Assembly: GCA_036574205.1 (NCBI GenBank)
Contig: JAINCQ010000014.1
Coordinates: 1,634-65,633 of the forward strand
Reading direction: 5' to 3'
DNA length: 64,000 bases
Origin: Elusimicrobiota bacterium
GTDB lineage: Bacteria; Elusimicrobiota; Elusimicrobia; Elusimicrobiales; UBA9959
This document shows positions 29,375 through 37,520 of this stretch, piece by piece (positions within the stretch are counted from its first letter, which is position 1; every line of letters starts with the position of its first letter). A program made the translations under genes and the position numbers. The notes below the pieces were generated by a model. It did not search any database, was not told where the DNA came from, and saw only the letters and a program-made list of their open reading frames with translations.

Positions 29375-29908
29375 ATGAATGCTACATTAAAGAAGATTTT
29401 TTTTATGTTTATATTCGCCTCAATGATCCCATTTAGCTCTTGCGTCAAAAAACAAATAAAAAAAGAGCAAAGCGAAGAGTCCACAATCCCCACAATAAAG
29501 GTTGAAACAACAACCGTAAAAACACCTGAAGTTTTTGAAGATGAAACGACTGAAGGTAATATCAGAAAACAAACAGATATTTCTCTTCAAACTATAAATT
29601 TTGATTTTGACAAATATGAACTTACCACAGAAGCAAAAAAAATACTTTCAGACAACGCAAAAACAATAATAGAAAATTCATATACAGTTACTGTGGAAGG
29701 ACATTGCGATGAAAGAGGAACAAACCAGTATAATCTTTCTTTGGGACAAAAGAGAGCGAATGTAGTGAAGGAATATTATATAATGCTCGGTGTGCCGGAA
29801 AGAAATATAGCTACAATCTCCTATGGTGAAGAAAATCCAGTATGTTTTGAATCAACAGAGGAATGCTGGGCAAAAAACAGAAGAGCTGAAACAAAAACAA
29901 CAAAATAA
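29375..29908 (+). CDS. pal: Peptidoglycan-associated lipoprotein Pal (OmpA-like domain)
   Basis: Lipobox PFSSC, then the OmpA-C motifs INFDFDKYELT...VEGHCDERGTNQYNLSLGQKRA...NRRAE. Confidence 0.88.
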   Translation: MNATLKKIFFMFIFASMIPFSSCVKKQIKKEQSEESTIPTIKVETTTVKTPEVFEDETTEGNIRKQTDISLQTINFDFDKYELTTEAKKILSDNAKTIIENSYTVTVEGHCDERGTNQYNLSLGQKRANVVKEYYIMLGVPERNIATISYGEENPVCFESTEECWAKNRRAETKTTK

Positions 29909-29909
29909 A

Positions 29910-30656
29910 ATGAATAAAAAACTTATTATACCACTGTTTTTTTCCCTATCATCCTGCATGGCTACGCAAAAGGATATGTTAATATTGCAAAGCCAGATAG
30001 ATGATCTCAATGCAAACATATATACTTTAAAGAAAAATCAGGCGGACTTATCACTCAAAATAGATGAACTAAATAGAACTTTAACGGCTTTTTCTGAAAA
30101 TACAAAAGATCTATCATCTGAGATGTCAGCGCTATCAAAAAAAATAGATGAATATGGTAATCTAACGGATAAAAAAATAAATCAGATAGGAAAGGCAGTC
30201 TCTGAGAAAAATGAAAGAGACGAACAATATACTAAGGAGACAACTCTTTTTTATAAGTCTCTTTCGCTTTACTCATCCAAAAAATTGGATCAGGCTATTG
30301 AATCTTTTAAGGAGTACATACTCAGATATCCAAAAGGCGAAAATCTGGATTCAGCATATTTTTATAGCGGTGAAGCACTATTTGAGATTAAAAATTACAA
30401 AGAAGCATCTATATTTTATGCAAGGATTATAGCAAGTTTCCCGTCTTTTAATAAAATGGCTTATGTAAGGTTAAAATACGCTATGTCTTTGATAGAGCTA
30501 AAAGACAAAGCCAAGATAGATGAGGCTATTGTTTACCTAAAGTCTATAGAATCTGACTTTCCAAAATCACCTGAAGCAGAAATGGCGAAAAAACTGATTG
30601 CAGATATATATCCTAAAAAAAATCTGCCTAAGTTAAAATCTTCTGAAAAAAAATAG
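29910..30656 (+). CDS. cpoB: Tol-Pal system protein CpoB/YbgF (coiled coil plus TPR)
   Basis: I place the start at ATG 29910, two nt after the pal stop (MNKKLIIPLFFSLSSC). A coiled-coil segment is followed by TPR-like repeats (AYFYSGEALFEIKNYKEA). Confidence 0.75.
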   Translation: MNKKLIIPLFFSLSSCMATQKDMLILQSQIDDLNANIYTLKKNQADLSLKIDELNRTLTAFSENTKDLSSEMSALSKKIDEYGNLTDKKINQIGKAVSEKNERDEQYTKETTLFYKSLSLYSSKKLDQAIESFKEYILRYPKGENLDSAYFYSGEALFEIKNYKEASIFYARIIASFPSFNKMAYVRLKYAMSLIELKDKAKIDEAIVYLKSIESDFPKSPEAEMAKKLIADIYPKKNLPKLKSSEKK

Positions 30657-30661
30657 ATTAA

Positions 30662-31930
30662 ATGCTTAATATTTTTCTATTGACATTTTTTCTTGCAAAT
30701 AACTCTTTCTCACAGAACACAGAGGTTTATATAGGCATAGAAAAAAACATTGAAGAAGAAAAGATAATTCTTTATAATTTTAAATCTCAAACCACTGCTC
30801 AGATAAACATTAATGCTACCAGTGATATAAAGGAAATAGTAAGAACAGACTTAATGCTTTCAAGATATTTCAAGGTGATAGAGATAGAAGATGACAAAGA
30901 AATAAGTAACGAACTCCCTGATTTTTTTTCTACCTTATCTAAATTCGTAGTAACAGCTAATATAAATATATCTGAAAATAATTTACAACTTAACGGCATA
31001 CTTTATGAAACTAAATCCAGAAACAAAATATTTGAAAAAATATACTCTTCAGAATTAGAGGGGCTAAGGAAAATTGCCCATATGTTTAGTGATGATATAG
31101 TTGAAAAAACGATAAAAAGGAAAGGGATAGCAACAAGCAGATTGGTTTTCTCAAACGATTCTACAGGGTATAAAGAAATATATATGATTGATTATGATGG
31201 AGAAAATCTATTTCAGCTGACAAATCATAGAAGTATATCCATAGTACCAAAGTGGAGTAATGATTCAAACAGAATATACTATACCTCATATCGATATGGC
31301 AATCCAGATTTATTTATTATAGACTTAATTGAAGGCAAGATAAGAGCATTTTCAAAATATCAGGGATTAAACATAGCCGGGGGATTTTCACCAGACGGAA
31401 GCCAAATGGTTTTAACACTTTCAAGAGGAAAAGACCCATCTATATATATTGCCAATCTTGTTTCAAAAGATATAAAAAAACTTCTTGATAATTTCGGGGT
31501 GTGCTCATCTCCAACATTTTCTCCAGACGGAAAAGAAATAGCTTTTATAAGCGACAGGGCTGGAAATCCACAATTATACATTTATAATCTTGAAACGAAA
31601 AAATATAGAAAGCTTACAAACTTCAACTGGGTAGACTCTCCTAACTGGTCTGTTGATGGAATGTGGATAGTCTTTTCAGGTAGAAGTACGTCAAAAGAAA
31701 ATCTAAATATATTTATAATGGACCCGACGACAAGCGTTATAAAAAGGCTGACAAGAAACGAGGGAAATAATGAAGACCCTTCTTTCTCTCCTGATTCAAG
31801 ATTTATTGCTTTTACATCAACAAGGAATAAGAAACGACAGATTTTCATAATGGATAGAGATGGCTCATCCCCAAGATTATTATCAGAAAAAATCAAAGGC
31901 AACTCATACACTCCAATATGGAGTAGATAA
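30662..31930 (+). CDS. tolB: Tol-Pal system beta-propeller protein TolB
   Basis: Signal peptide, TolB N-domain, then repeated propeller blades (PKWSNDSNRIYYTS, GGFSPDGSQMV, PTFSPDGKEIAFISDR, PNWSVDGMWIVF, PSFSPDSRFIAFTS). Confidence 0.9.
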   Translation: MLNIFLLTFFLANNSFSQNTEVYIGIEKNIEEEKIILYNFKSQTTAQININATSDIKEIVRTDLMLSRYFKVIEIEDDKEISNELPDFFSTLSKFVVTANINISENNLQLNGILYETKSRNKIFEKIYSSELEGLRKIAHMFSDDIVEKTIKRKGIATSRLVFSNDSTGYKEIYMIDYDGENLFQLTNHRSISIVPKWSNDSNRIYYTSYRYGNPDLFIIDLIEGKIRAFSKYQGLNIAGGFSPDGSQMVLTLSRGKDPSIYIANLVSKDIKKLLDNFGVCSSPTFSPDGKEIAFISDRAGNPQLYIYNLETKKYRKLTNFNWVDSPNWSVDGMWIVFSGRSTSKENLNIFIMDPTTSVIKRLTRNEGNNEDPSFSPDSRFIAFTSTRNKKRQIFIMDRDGSSPRLLSEKIKGNSYTPIWSR

Positions 31931-32019
31931 ATAATCACAAATTATTGATTTTAGATTGCAAAATCAGATAATTATGTAATTATTATGGATCCTAATAGAT
32001 AAGGGAAGTATAAAAAAAT

Positions 32020-32604
32020 TTATTTTTTATTTGAAATAGCAAGTTCAGGATTAAAGCATTTTCTACACCTTGCCTCATATTTATCACTTGCCCCAACTTC
32101 TATTCTTGAATTGCTTTCTACAAGTTTTTGTGAATAATGAGCAGGATTACCACAAACCATGCATATAGCCAGATTTTTAGTAACATATTCTGCTATTGCC
32201 ATAAGTTTAGCCATATTCATAAAAGGCTTGCCTCTCCAATCCATATCAAGACCGGCAATTATCACTCTTTTGCCATCATTGGCAAGTTTATTTGCCACAT
32301 CCACTATAGTGTCATCAAAAAAATGAGCCTCATCTATTCCTACAACCATGGTATCAGATTTAACCTTTCTTAATATTTCTTTAGCATTTTTTATGGGAAC
32401 AGCTTTTAACATATTTTTATCATGAGAAACTATATGCTCCTTTGCATACCTTGTATCAAGATATGAATTAAAAACCTGAACCTTCTGTTTTGCTATTATA
32501 GCAAGCTTAAGTCTTCTAATTAACTCCTGAGTCTTACCAGAAAACATACTTCCGCATATAACTTCTATTGAACCCTTATTATTTATGTTTGTTATATGAA
32601 TCAT
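32020..32604 (-). CDS. tdk: Thymidine kinase
   Basis: P-loop GSMFSGKT, VGIDEAHFF, and the C-terminal zinc motifs CMVCG...CRKC. I prefer ATG 32604; the ORF track extends to a TTG at 32637 that overlaps the upstream gene. Confidence 0.92.
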   Translation of the reverse strand: MIHITNINNKGSIEVICGSMFSGKTQELIRRLKLAIIAKQKVQVFNSYLDTRYAKEHIVSHDKNMLKAVPIKNAKEILRKVKSDTMVVGIDEAHFFDDTIVDVANKLANDGKRVIIAGLDMDWRGKPFMNMAKLMAIAEYVTKNLAICMVCGNPAHYSQKLVESNSRIEVGASDKYEARCRKCFNPELAISNKK

Positions 32605-32614
32605 AAAAACTTCA

Positions 32615-33550
32615 TTATTTATTTCTAAACCACTCAAGCGTTTTTAAAAGCCCCGTTTCAAAATTAACAGACGGCTTATAATTTAAATCTTTCTTTATTA
32701 AAGATATATCAGCCCAGGTTTTTCTAACATCACCCGCTCTTTTTGGCAAAAATTTTTTTTCAAGTTTATATCCCAGAAACTTTTCTAAAAGCGTAACTAT
32801 TTCCAGAAGTGATGTTGTAGTGCCACAAGCCACGTTATAAAATTTCCCATCAGAAACTTTTGACAAAGCCGCTTTTATATTAGCTTCCACAACATTATAT
32901 ACATATGTGAAATCTCTTGATTGTTTCCCATCCCAGTGTATCTCTATAGGTTTTTTATTTAAAGCAAGCTCTATGAATTTTGGAATTACTGCCGAATATA
33001 TAGACTCAGGAGATTGCCTTGGACCAAAAACATTAAAATATCTTAAAGATGTAGTTCTCAAACCAAAAGTCTTATAATACATAACACAATAATGCTCAGC
33101 TGCAAGTTTTGAAACCGCATATGGAGATATAGGGGATGGGCAGAAACTCTCTTTCTGAGGAAAAACTTTTGAATCTCCATAAACTGAGCTTGATGAAGCA
33201 TATACCACCTTCTCAACTTTGCTCTCTTTTGCAGCCATAAGAACATTTAAAGTTCCAGTTATATTATTGTCATTAGCTCCACGAGGATCATCAACAGATT
33301 TTGGAACAGATCTCATAGCCGCCTGATGTAAAACATAAGTAACGCCTTTAAAAGCTCTTTTAAGGGAAGCAAAGTCTCTAATATCACCCTTTATCAGTTT
33401 AATCTTATCAATAAAACCTTTTATATTTGAGTATTTCCCGGTAGAGAAATTATCAAAAATAATGACCTTCTCCCCACTTTTTATTAGCTCTTCTGCTATA
33501 TTAGATCCTATAAAACCCGCGCCACCTGTTATAAGCCAAGTTCTTTTCAT
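32615..33550 (-). CDS. NAD-dependent nucleotide-sugar epimerase/dehydratase (extended SDR)
   Basis: Rossmann motif ITGGAGFIGSN, plus the catalytic SSSSVYG and YAVSKLAAE (YxxxK). ATG 33550 (MKRTWLITGG) is likely the start; the ORF track begins at GTG 33562. Confidence 0.88.
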   Translation of the reverse strand: MKRTWLITGGAGFIGSNIAEELIKSGEKVIIFDNFSTGKYSNIKGFIDKIKLIKGDIRDFASLKRAFKGVTYVLHQAAMRSVPKSVDDPRGANDNNITGTLNVLMAAKESKVEKVVYASSSSVYGDSKVFPQKESFCPSPISPYAVSKLAAEHYCVMYYKTFGLRTTSLRYFNVFGPRQSPESIYSAVIPKFIELALNKKPIEIHWDGKQSRDFTYVYNVVEANIKAALSKVSDGKFYNVACGTTTSLLEIVTLLEKFLGYKLEKKFLPKRAGDVRKTWADISLIKKDLNYKPSVNFETGLLKTLEWFRNK

Positions 33551-33558
33551 ATAAATAT

Positions 33559-33930
33559 TCACTCTATTTTTTTCTCAAGCGCGCTTTTTACTGCCTCAAG
33601 CAAGTCGTCAGTGTTAAAAGGCTTGGTTAAAAAAGCAACGACCTGACTGAATTTCAAAAAAAGGCTTCTTGACGGCTCTAACGCAGAAAGCACTATCACC
33701 GGCAGTTTGGAAAGCTCATTATCTGCGCTTATTGTGTTGGCTATTGAATAGCCATCTATTCCGGGCAACATTACATCAAGAATCATGAGTTCAGGTTTAA
33801 ATTCTTTTAATGAATCTATAACATCACGACCATTATCGCATACTTTAATAATATGCCCCATACTTTCAAGGGTATATTGAAGCAAGTTTAAAATTTCAGG
33901 ATCATCATCCACTACTAATATCTTGGCCAT
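33559..33930 (-). CDS. Stand-alone response-regulator receiver domain (CheY-like)
   Basis: ILVVDDD...LDVMLPGIDG...KPF receiver signature. At 123 aa it has no output domain. Confidence 0.88.
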   Translation of the reverse strand: MAKILVVDDDPEILNLLQYTLESMGHIIKVCDNGRDVIDSLKEFKPELMILDVMLPGIDGYSIANTISADNELSKLPVIVLSALEPSRSLFLKFSQVVAFLTKPFNTDDLLEAVKSALEKKIE

Positions 33931-34892
33931 ATATGCTCCCTTACTCTTATTTTATAATTTTTTAATGAAAAAAAACAATGTTAAAATATATTGTATGAAA
34001 AATGAAAAATACACTCCTGTAATACTTGCTACGCTAAAATGCAATAGAAAATGTATATTTTGTCTCAGATCGGATGATTCAGATCCTCCTCACAGTATTA
34101 CTGATATAAAGAACATATTAAATAGATACAAAGACACCATAACGATAGAAGGAGGAGAGCCAACTCTTTCAAAAAGACTGGAATATATAATAAAACTTGC
34201 AAAAAGTTCTGGAGCAAGAGAAGTTATTTTGATGACAAATGCTTATCTTTTAGATAACTATCTGAAAATAAAAAGGATAATCAACAACGGAGTAGACATT
34301 TTTAGCATAAATTTCCCATCTCATATTGAAAAATTGTTTAACATACTCACTCAAACAAAAGGTCAGTATAAAAAAAACAGTTTCAGCTATAAAAAAAATA
34401 TCAAAGATATCACCAGAAAAGTTAAGAATAACATGTGTAATAAACTCAATTAATTATAAATACCTCCCCGGGTATATCCAATTTTTATCAGATAATCTTA
34501 AAGGATTATTTTATATTGAGATGAACCTTGTAAGGCTAAAAGGCGCAGCAAAAAAAAGGCCATGGCTACTTCCACCTTTTTCAAATATGAAAGAATACCT
34601 TCAATCTGCTTTTACAATAGCAAAAAAAGCTAATTTTAATATTATAACAGAAGGATTTCCATTATGTTTTTTAAACGGATTTAAAGTACATTCAATAGAA
34701 GCTTATAGGATAGCCAAAAACTTTGCAAACTGGAACAAAGGCTATATTAAAGCAAAAATATGCAAAAAATGTTCTCTCAAAAAACTATGCCCGGGAATAA
34801 GAATAGATTATTTTTCTATACATAAAACTGATGGAATAAAGCCTTCAAGAAAAAGGATAAGCAATATAATTAAAAAACTTCCTCTTCATTGA
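33923..34892 (+). pseudogene. Radical SAM protein split by a +1 frame change in an A8 run
   Basis: CNRKCIFC (CxxxCxxC) and GGEPTL occur in ORF 33923-34453. The sequence continues in ORF 34326-34892, which is in the +1 frame and ends with CKKCSLKKLCPG. Removing one A from A8 (34370-34377) gives the continuous reading ...GQYKKTVSAIKKISK... Confidence 0.65.
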
Positions 34893-35335
34893 AAATATAT
34901 ATTAAATGGAGACTGAGTTTCTATATATTTGTCTTTCTGAGTTTCTGTTTTCTGTTTAACATCTTCACCTTTTGTTTCTGACTTATTTTTTTCTTTTTGT
35001 TTTTTTATTATCTCTTCAAATTTTTTTAGTTGCTCTGAGTTAATATAACTCTTTATTATATTTGTAACATTTTTATTGAATTCAATAAGTTCTTCTTTTA
35101 TTCTTTTTATCTCTTGTTCTATTTCTTTTTTTTCTTGCTCTTTTTTATCATATTCTTCTTTCTTTAAATCAAATTTCTTAAGATTTTTCTTTAATTCTTT
35201 TTCTATCTTTTTTTGCTGTTCATCGCTTAAGTTTAACGTCTCTATAACTTTCAAAACCTTCTGCGGCTCAGGTCTTTGAACAGGCATATTCTGGCAATAT
35301 AACAAACCTGAAACTAAAATTAATATAATATTCAT
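34886..35335 (-). CDS. Secreted K/E-rich coiled-coil protein (Spy/CpxP-like?)
   Basis: N-terminal signal-like segment MNIILILVSGLLYC, then a highly charged helical sequence (LSDEQQKKIEKELKK...). Its start overlaps the stop of the glycosyltransferase gene by 4 nt. Confidence 0.5.
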   Translation of the reverse strand: MNIILILVSGLLYCQNMPVQRPEPQKVLKVIETLNLSDEQQKKIEKELKKNLKKFDLKKEEYDKKEQEKKEIEQEIKRIKEELIEFNKNVTNIIKSYINSEQLKKFEEIIKKQKEKNKSETKGEDVKQKTETQKDKYIETQSPFNIYFQ

Positions 35336-36606
35336 AACAACCTCCGATTATTGCCAAGTATATCATTTATTTTTACACTACTTGTATGTTCAGTCCTATC
35401 CCATTCCTCTTTATTTTTGACAACTCCAAGCAGAAAAATAGGTATTCTAAAAAAACCAAGCGCTGGTTGAAGAAAGTATCCAAAAAACATATCTACACCA
35501 ATCTTTTTGTCAAAAAGTATTAGAAAGGGAAATATAATGAAAGGGCCCAATATAAAAATAAGTTTAGCGATAAAACTGTCATAGGGAATAAGATGAAAAA
35601 GATAAACAAGAAGATTAAACCTGTCTCTCGTTACATACATAGCCAATCCCCCAAAGGATAGAAGCAATACTCTGTAGACTCCAAAACAATAAATAAAAGC
35701 TTCAAGAACCCTGAAATCAAATGTTTTCAAAAAAATAAAAAATAGATTTTTTGCATGTTTTTTAGCAGTATCTAAAGAACCTCTTGTCCATCTTATGGAC
35801 CTTACAAAATACTGTCGCATTAGAACAGGCTCCTCATCATATACTATGGCATGTTCACCCCACAATATCCTCACTCCGCCTGCTACCAACCTCATCTGCA
35901 TCTCAAGGTCCTCAGTAAGGCAGTTTTCATCCCACTTAAATTTTCTTACCAACTCAATATCAAAACACATCCCTTTACCATGCAATGTAGCAGAAAAACC
36001 TAAAAGGTTTTTGGGTTTTTGAAAAAAATTATTAGTTATAAACTGTCCACTTGATATTATAATAGAGATCAATGATTCTCTCGGATTTTTAGGTAACTGT
36101 TGTCCTTGAATTGCCAGAAATCCGTTTGAAAGATAAAAAGACATAGCTTTTAAAAAGTCAGGATGAATGAGGGAATCCGCATCAAAATAACAGAAAGCAT
36201 CATATTTAACCTCTCCATCAAGGATCTCCTGCGTGGCTTTATTTAAAGCTTTTGCCTTGCTGGAAGGGAAAGAATCATTGTATTCTATTATCTTTGGAGA
36301 ATATTTTTCTGCAATCTCCTTTGTTTTATCCTGGCAGTGATCACATATAACATAAACATCATAAAGAGATTTTGGATAATCCAGTAAATTTATGCTTTCA
36401 AGAAGATTTGCTATAACATTTTCCTCATTATGAGCCGGGATTAAAATAGCAAATTTTTTGTTTGTTTCGGGCAAAAAGACACTGTTTTTTTTATAAAAAA
36501 CTATTCCAGTAAAAGAAATAAAAAGATAAAGAAACATTGTTACAAAAAAATAAATTTGTATAATGTTCCCACTAATAACAAAAAACAGTGTTAACACTAT
36601 ATCCAT
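35332..36606 (-). CDS. Membrane-embedded family-2 glycosyltransferase (processive synthase type)
   Basis: ILIPAHNEE, FDADS, TEDLEM and SIRWTRG (a QxxRW-like motif), flanked by N- and C-terminal TM helices as in PgaC- or cellulose-synthase-like enzymes. Confidence 0.85.
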   Translation of the reverse strand: MDIVLTLFFVISGNIIQIYFFVTMFLYLFISFTGIVFYKKNSVFLPETNKKFAILIPAHNEENVIANLLESINLLDYPKSLYDVYVICDHCQDKTKEIAEKYSPKIIEYNDSFPSSKAKALNKATQEILDGEVKYDAFCYFDADSLIHPDFLKAMSFYLSNGFLAIQGQQLPKNPRESLISIIISSGQFITNNFFQKPKNLLGFSATLHGKGMCFDIELVRKFKWDENCLTEDLEMQMRLVAGGVRILWGEHAIVYDEEPVLMRQYFVRSIRWTRGSLDTAKKHAKNLFFIFLKTFDFRVLEAFIYCFGVYRVLLLSFGGLAMYVTRDRFNLLVYLFHLIPYDSFIAKLIFILGPFIIFPFLILFDKKIGVDMFFGYFLQPALGFFRIPIFLLGVVKNKEEWDRTEHTSSVKINDILGNNRRLL

Positions 36607-36657
36607 ATCCTTGATTTCAGGCTAACTTAATTAATATAATTATTTTATCAAATAATT

Positions 36658-37479
36658 ATGGAAACTGAGAAAAAAAAATCTAAGTTTTGGATCTATCTTA
36701 TCCCGATTTACATAATAATAGCCATACCATTAATAAAGTGGACGCTAAAAATATCTTCATCAGACATTAATCTTTCTGAAGAAGATATGAAAGCTTTTAG
36801 CGGAAAATCTGACATAAAAAAAGATGAAGACTATAAATTCTATGAGCCAAATCTTGAAGATCTTTCATACACAATAACATACCGAAATACAAGCGACTTG
36901 AAAGAAATAGAAGAAAAAAAACAAAGCCAAATTGAGGAAAAAAAGGACAAAAAAAAGAAGGAAGAGATAAGACCAGCTGAAGAACAAACTGAAATACCTT
37001 CTGTAAATGAGATAAAACAGAAAGAGATGAGTTCAGTGGGATACAAGAAAGGGTTTTTGACTCAGGCAGTGGGAAAGTTGCTAAACAATCCAAAAGCTGT
37101 ACAGGCTTTATTCAATAATGATTTTGTGGTTAAGGGTTTTCTTTCAAGGGATGTAGTGAAAAGAAACTTATCTGATCCAAAAGCCCTTGAATCATATCTT
37201 TCAAATCAATCCATTGTGTCCAATTTTTTAAATAATGATGTGGTTAAACAAGCTCTAAATAATCCACAGATAATAAACGTTATAGCGCAAAGCAAAATGA
37301 TGAACGAAATAATGAATTCAAACGCCGTAACAACCCTTCTTAACGATCAAAATAAGGTCAATAATCTTTTGACTCAAAATCCACAAATCTCACAACTCCT
37401 TGCAAATCCAAATGTCATATCAGCCCTTGCTACAAATCCTCAGGGTTCAAAAATCCTTTCGGGCGTGGGTAACAAATAA
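36658..37479 (+). CDS. Membrane-anchored protein with a charged linker and C-terminal NP-repeat (STI1-like) region
   Basis: A single TM helix (FWIYLIPIYIIIAIPLI), a K/E-rich linker, then about 130 aa of degenerate repeats (LLNNPKAVQALFNN, FLNNDVVKQALNNPQIINVI, LLTQNPQISQLLANPNVISALATNPQG). Confidence 0.6.
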   Translation: METEKKKSKFWIYLIPIYIIIAIPLIKWTLKISSSDINLSEEDMKAFSGKSDIKKDEDYKFYEPNLEDLSYTITYRNTSDLKEIEEKKQSQIEEKKDKKKKEEIRPAEEQTEIPSVNEIKQKEMSSVGYKKGFLTQAVGKLLNNPKAVQALFNNDFVVKGFLSRDVVKRNLSDPKALESYLSNQSIVSNFLNNDVVKQALNNPQIINVIAQSKMMNEIMNSNAVTTLLNDQNKVNNLLTQNPQISQLLANPNVISALATNPQGSKILSGVGNK

Positions 37480-37520
37480 ACTCAAATAACAGATAAAAGG
37501 AATTAAATAAAGTTTAAATT

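Noticed and set aside
29823-29909. The long 5' extension of the cpoB/ybgF ORF, which overlaps the end of pal.
   Set aside because: The extension is simply the alternate frame of pal's 3' end. The ATG at 29910 gives a normal lipoprotein signal (MNKKLIIPLFFSLSSC) directly after the pal stop.
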